The notes under the pieces: generated by a model
Told to the model about the DNA's origin: nothing
Databases searched by the model: none
Seen by the model: only the letters and a program-made list of their open reading frames with translations
Assembly (NCBI GenBank): GCA_021613535.1
Contig: CP075497.1
Coordinates: forward strand, 992,001 to 1,056,000
DNA: 64,000 nt
Direction: 5' to 3'
Origin: Adineta vaga
Taxonomy: Eukaryota; Animalia; Rotifera
In this document: piece by piece, positions 62,684-64,000 of the stretch
Layout of the letters: each line of letters opens with the position of its first letter
Position numbering within the stretch: position 1 is the stretch's first letter
Made by a program: the position numbers and the translations under genes

Positions 62684-63319
62684 AACTGCTTTTAACAATA
62701 ACAGAACTTTTCGATATCTAACCTTTTTTTGTTGTTGTCAGAAATGAATAAACAAATCCGTATGTTGAGAAAAATTCGTCAAAATAAAATACAAGCTGAC
62801 TTATCATTGACCATTTCAAGGATGTAGACGATTAAACAAGGAGTACACCCTCATCCGCATCACATTTGACTGTAGTTATATCCGATTATTTTTAATATCA
62901 TTTTGAGAAGCTTCTCAAATTGAATTGTTTTTTATATTCGACATGAAAATGATTATTGGGTGAATCCACAGAGATTCTAGATCACTCTGATGGGACAAGT
63001 TTCTTTCCTCGATTTTGATATTCTAGTTAAACGTATCATCGTCGAAAATGATCAGAGATAACGAAAGAAACATTTAATCATATGTTAAGTTTGGAGGTCT
63101 AGGATATTTTTTATGAACCTGTCAATGTATGTGTATATTGAGATTCTAAAACATTGTACAATGATAAAACTGTCAGTGTTGGTTTTGTTTTAACTGAAAT
63201 ATATTCAAAACTGTTAACAATGAAAAACAAAAAAACTTCGAAAAATCGTATTTTCGACAATGATACATCTAGCTAGAATATCAAAGTCAAGAAAAAAAGA
63301 CACTTTTCCACAAAAGTGG

Positions 63320-63372
63320 TGAGGGTAGGTGTGGGTGTGGGTCAGGCTATACTCTTAACACCCACCCTCAAA
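63320..63372. repeat. Hairpin element with telomere-like arms
   Basis: tgagggtaggtgtgggtgtggg ... acacccaccctcaa. Confidence 0.65.
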
Positions 63373-64000
63373 TTTAACATCCCGTTGTACGAGATGTAAT
63401 GTGTTTTTCTGTGTCTATGATAAAAGATATTGCTTATTGTTGGTCTTTATAATCGTGACTGTGTTTATTTAAAAGCGTTTTTTCCCATCATTCAATCTGA
63501 AATATAAAAAAACCATAGACTCATCACTTGTCAGGATAAAGTTGGAGAAAAAGAGACAAACAAAGCTAAGGAAAAAACATAACGAACGAAAGGAAAAAAT
63601 ACGGCTACACATGCGAATTTCACTATGCGACGGTAAATATTGACAACGCGATACGTTAGATTCACTAGGTTTTATCCAACGTGATTACAATAGTATTAAC
63701 TCCAATTGACAACGACTCCATGATTCTTTGGTTTCGTCAAGATCCTCTCGGTTTTTTCCAGTACATATGGAAACGCAATGGCGAGTTTAGTGATGTTACC
63801 TATCAGCGAACCATCTGGTTGAAGTTTGACTCAGGTCACGTCTGCTACTCTCGTCCTTCCTCTAGGCCCCACGGATAAGCACCATGAAAATTTTAGTGAC
63901 CGTAGGCTTCTATTACAAGGACTAAACGCACAGCGAATAGACAGGTACACGAGGATATAAAAATTCAATAATTTTCATCTTATAAATCAGAAATATTCAG

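Noticed and set aside
63600-64000. More GC-balanced terminal stretch with ORF 63681-63878
   Set aside because: GTG start, no motif, and cut by the window edge, so it cannot be classified.
1-64000. Bacterial origin or contamination of the contig
   Set aside because: Spliceosomal introns throughout, poly(A) signals, a HECT ligase and a piggyBac relic indicate a eukaryotic chromosome. The TTG/GTG starts in the ORF track are artefacts.

Overview
AT-rich eukaryotic genomic DNA with very short GT-AG introns (mostly 46-72 bp). The gene content (intron-bearing NRPS, NHL-repeat and FG-GAP membrane proteins, fungal/bacterial-type enzymes, TGTGGG-like repeats) points to a bdelloid rotifer (inference). 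The ORF track fragments the real genes, so I rebuilt them by reading splice sites by hand. From left to right: a ~3140-aa SPRY+HECT E3 ligase; an acyltransferase-3 gene plus a decayed partial copy; an epoxide hydrolase; a fungal-type MFS permease; a 22-kb, 15-exon NRPS (~7098 aa, T-[C-A-T]x6-C-T, minus strand); a small unknown ORF; a piggyBac relic; a cytochrome P450; a secreted Cys-rich protein with an 8-nt microexon; a multi-exon membrane protein ending in FG-GAP repeats; and an NHL-repeat membrane protein. The main candidate system is an animal NRPS flanked by possible tailoring and transport genes. Its modules are near-identical even across introns, except for a sharply bounded ~0.5-kb cassette that encodes the substrate pocket. 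A dispersed family of short hairpin elements with telomere-like arms is also present. No database searches were run; family calls come from recognised motifs.
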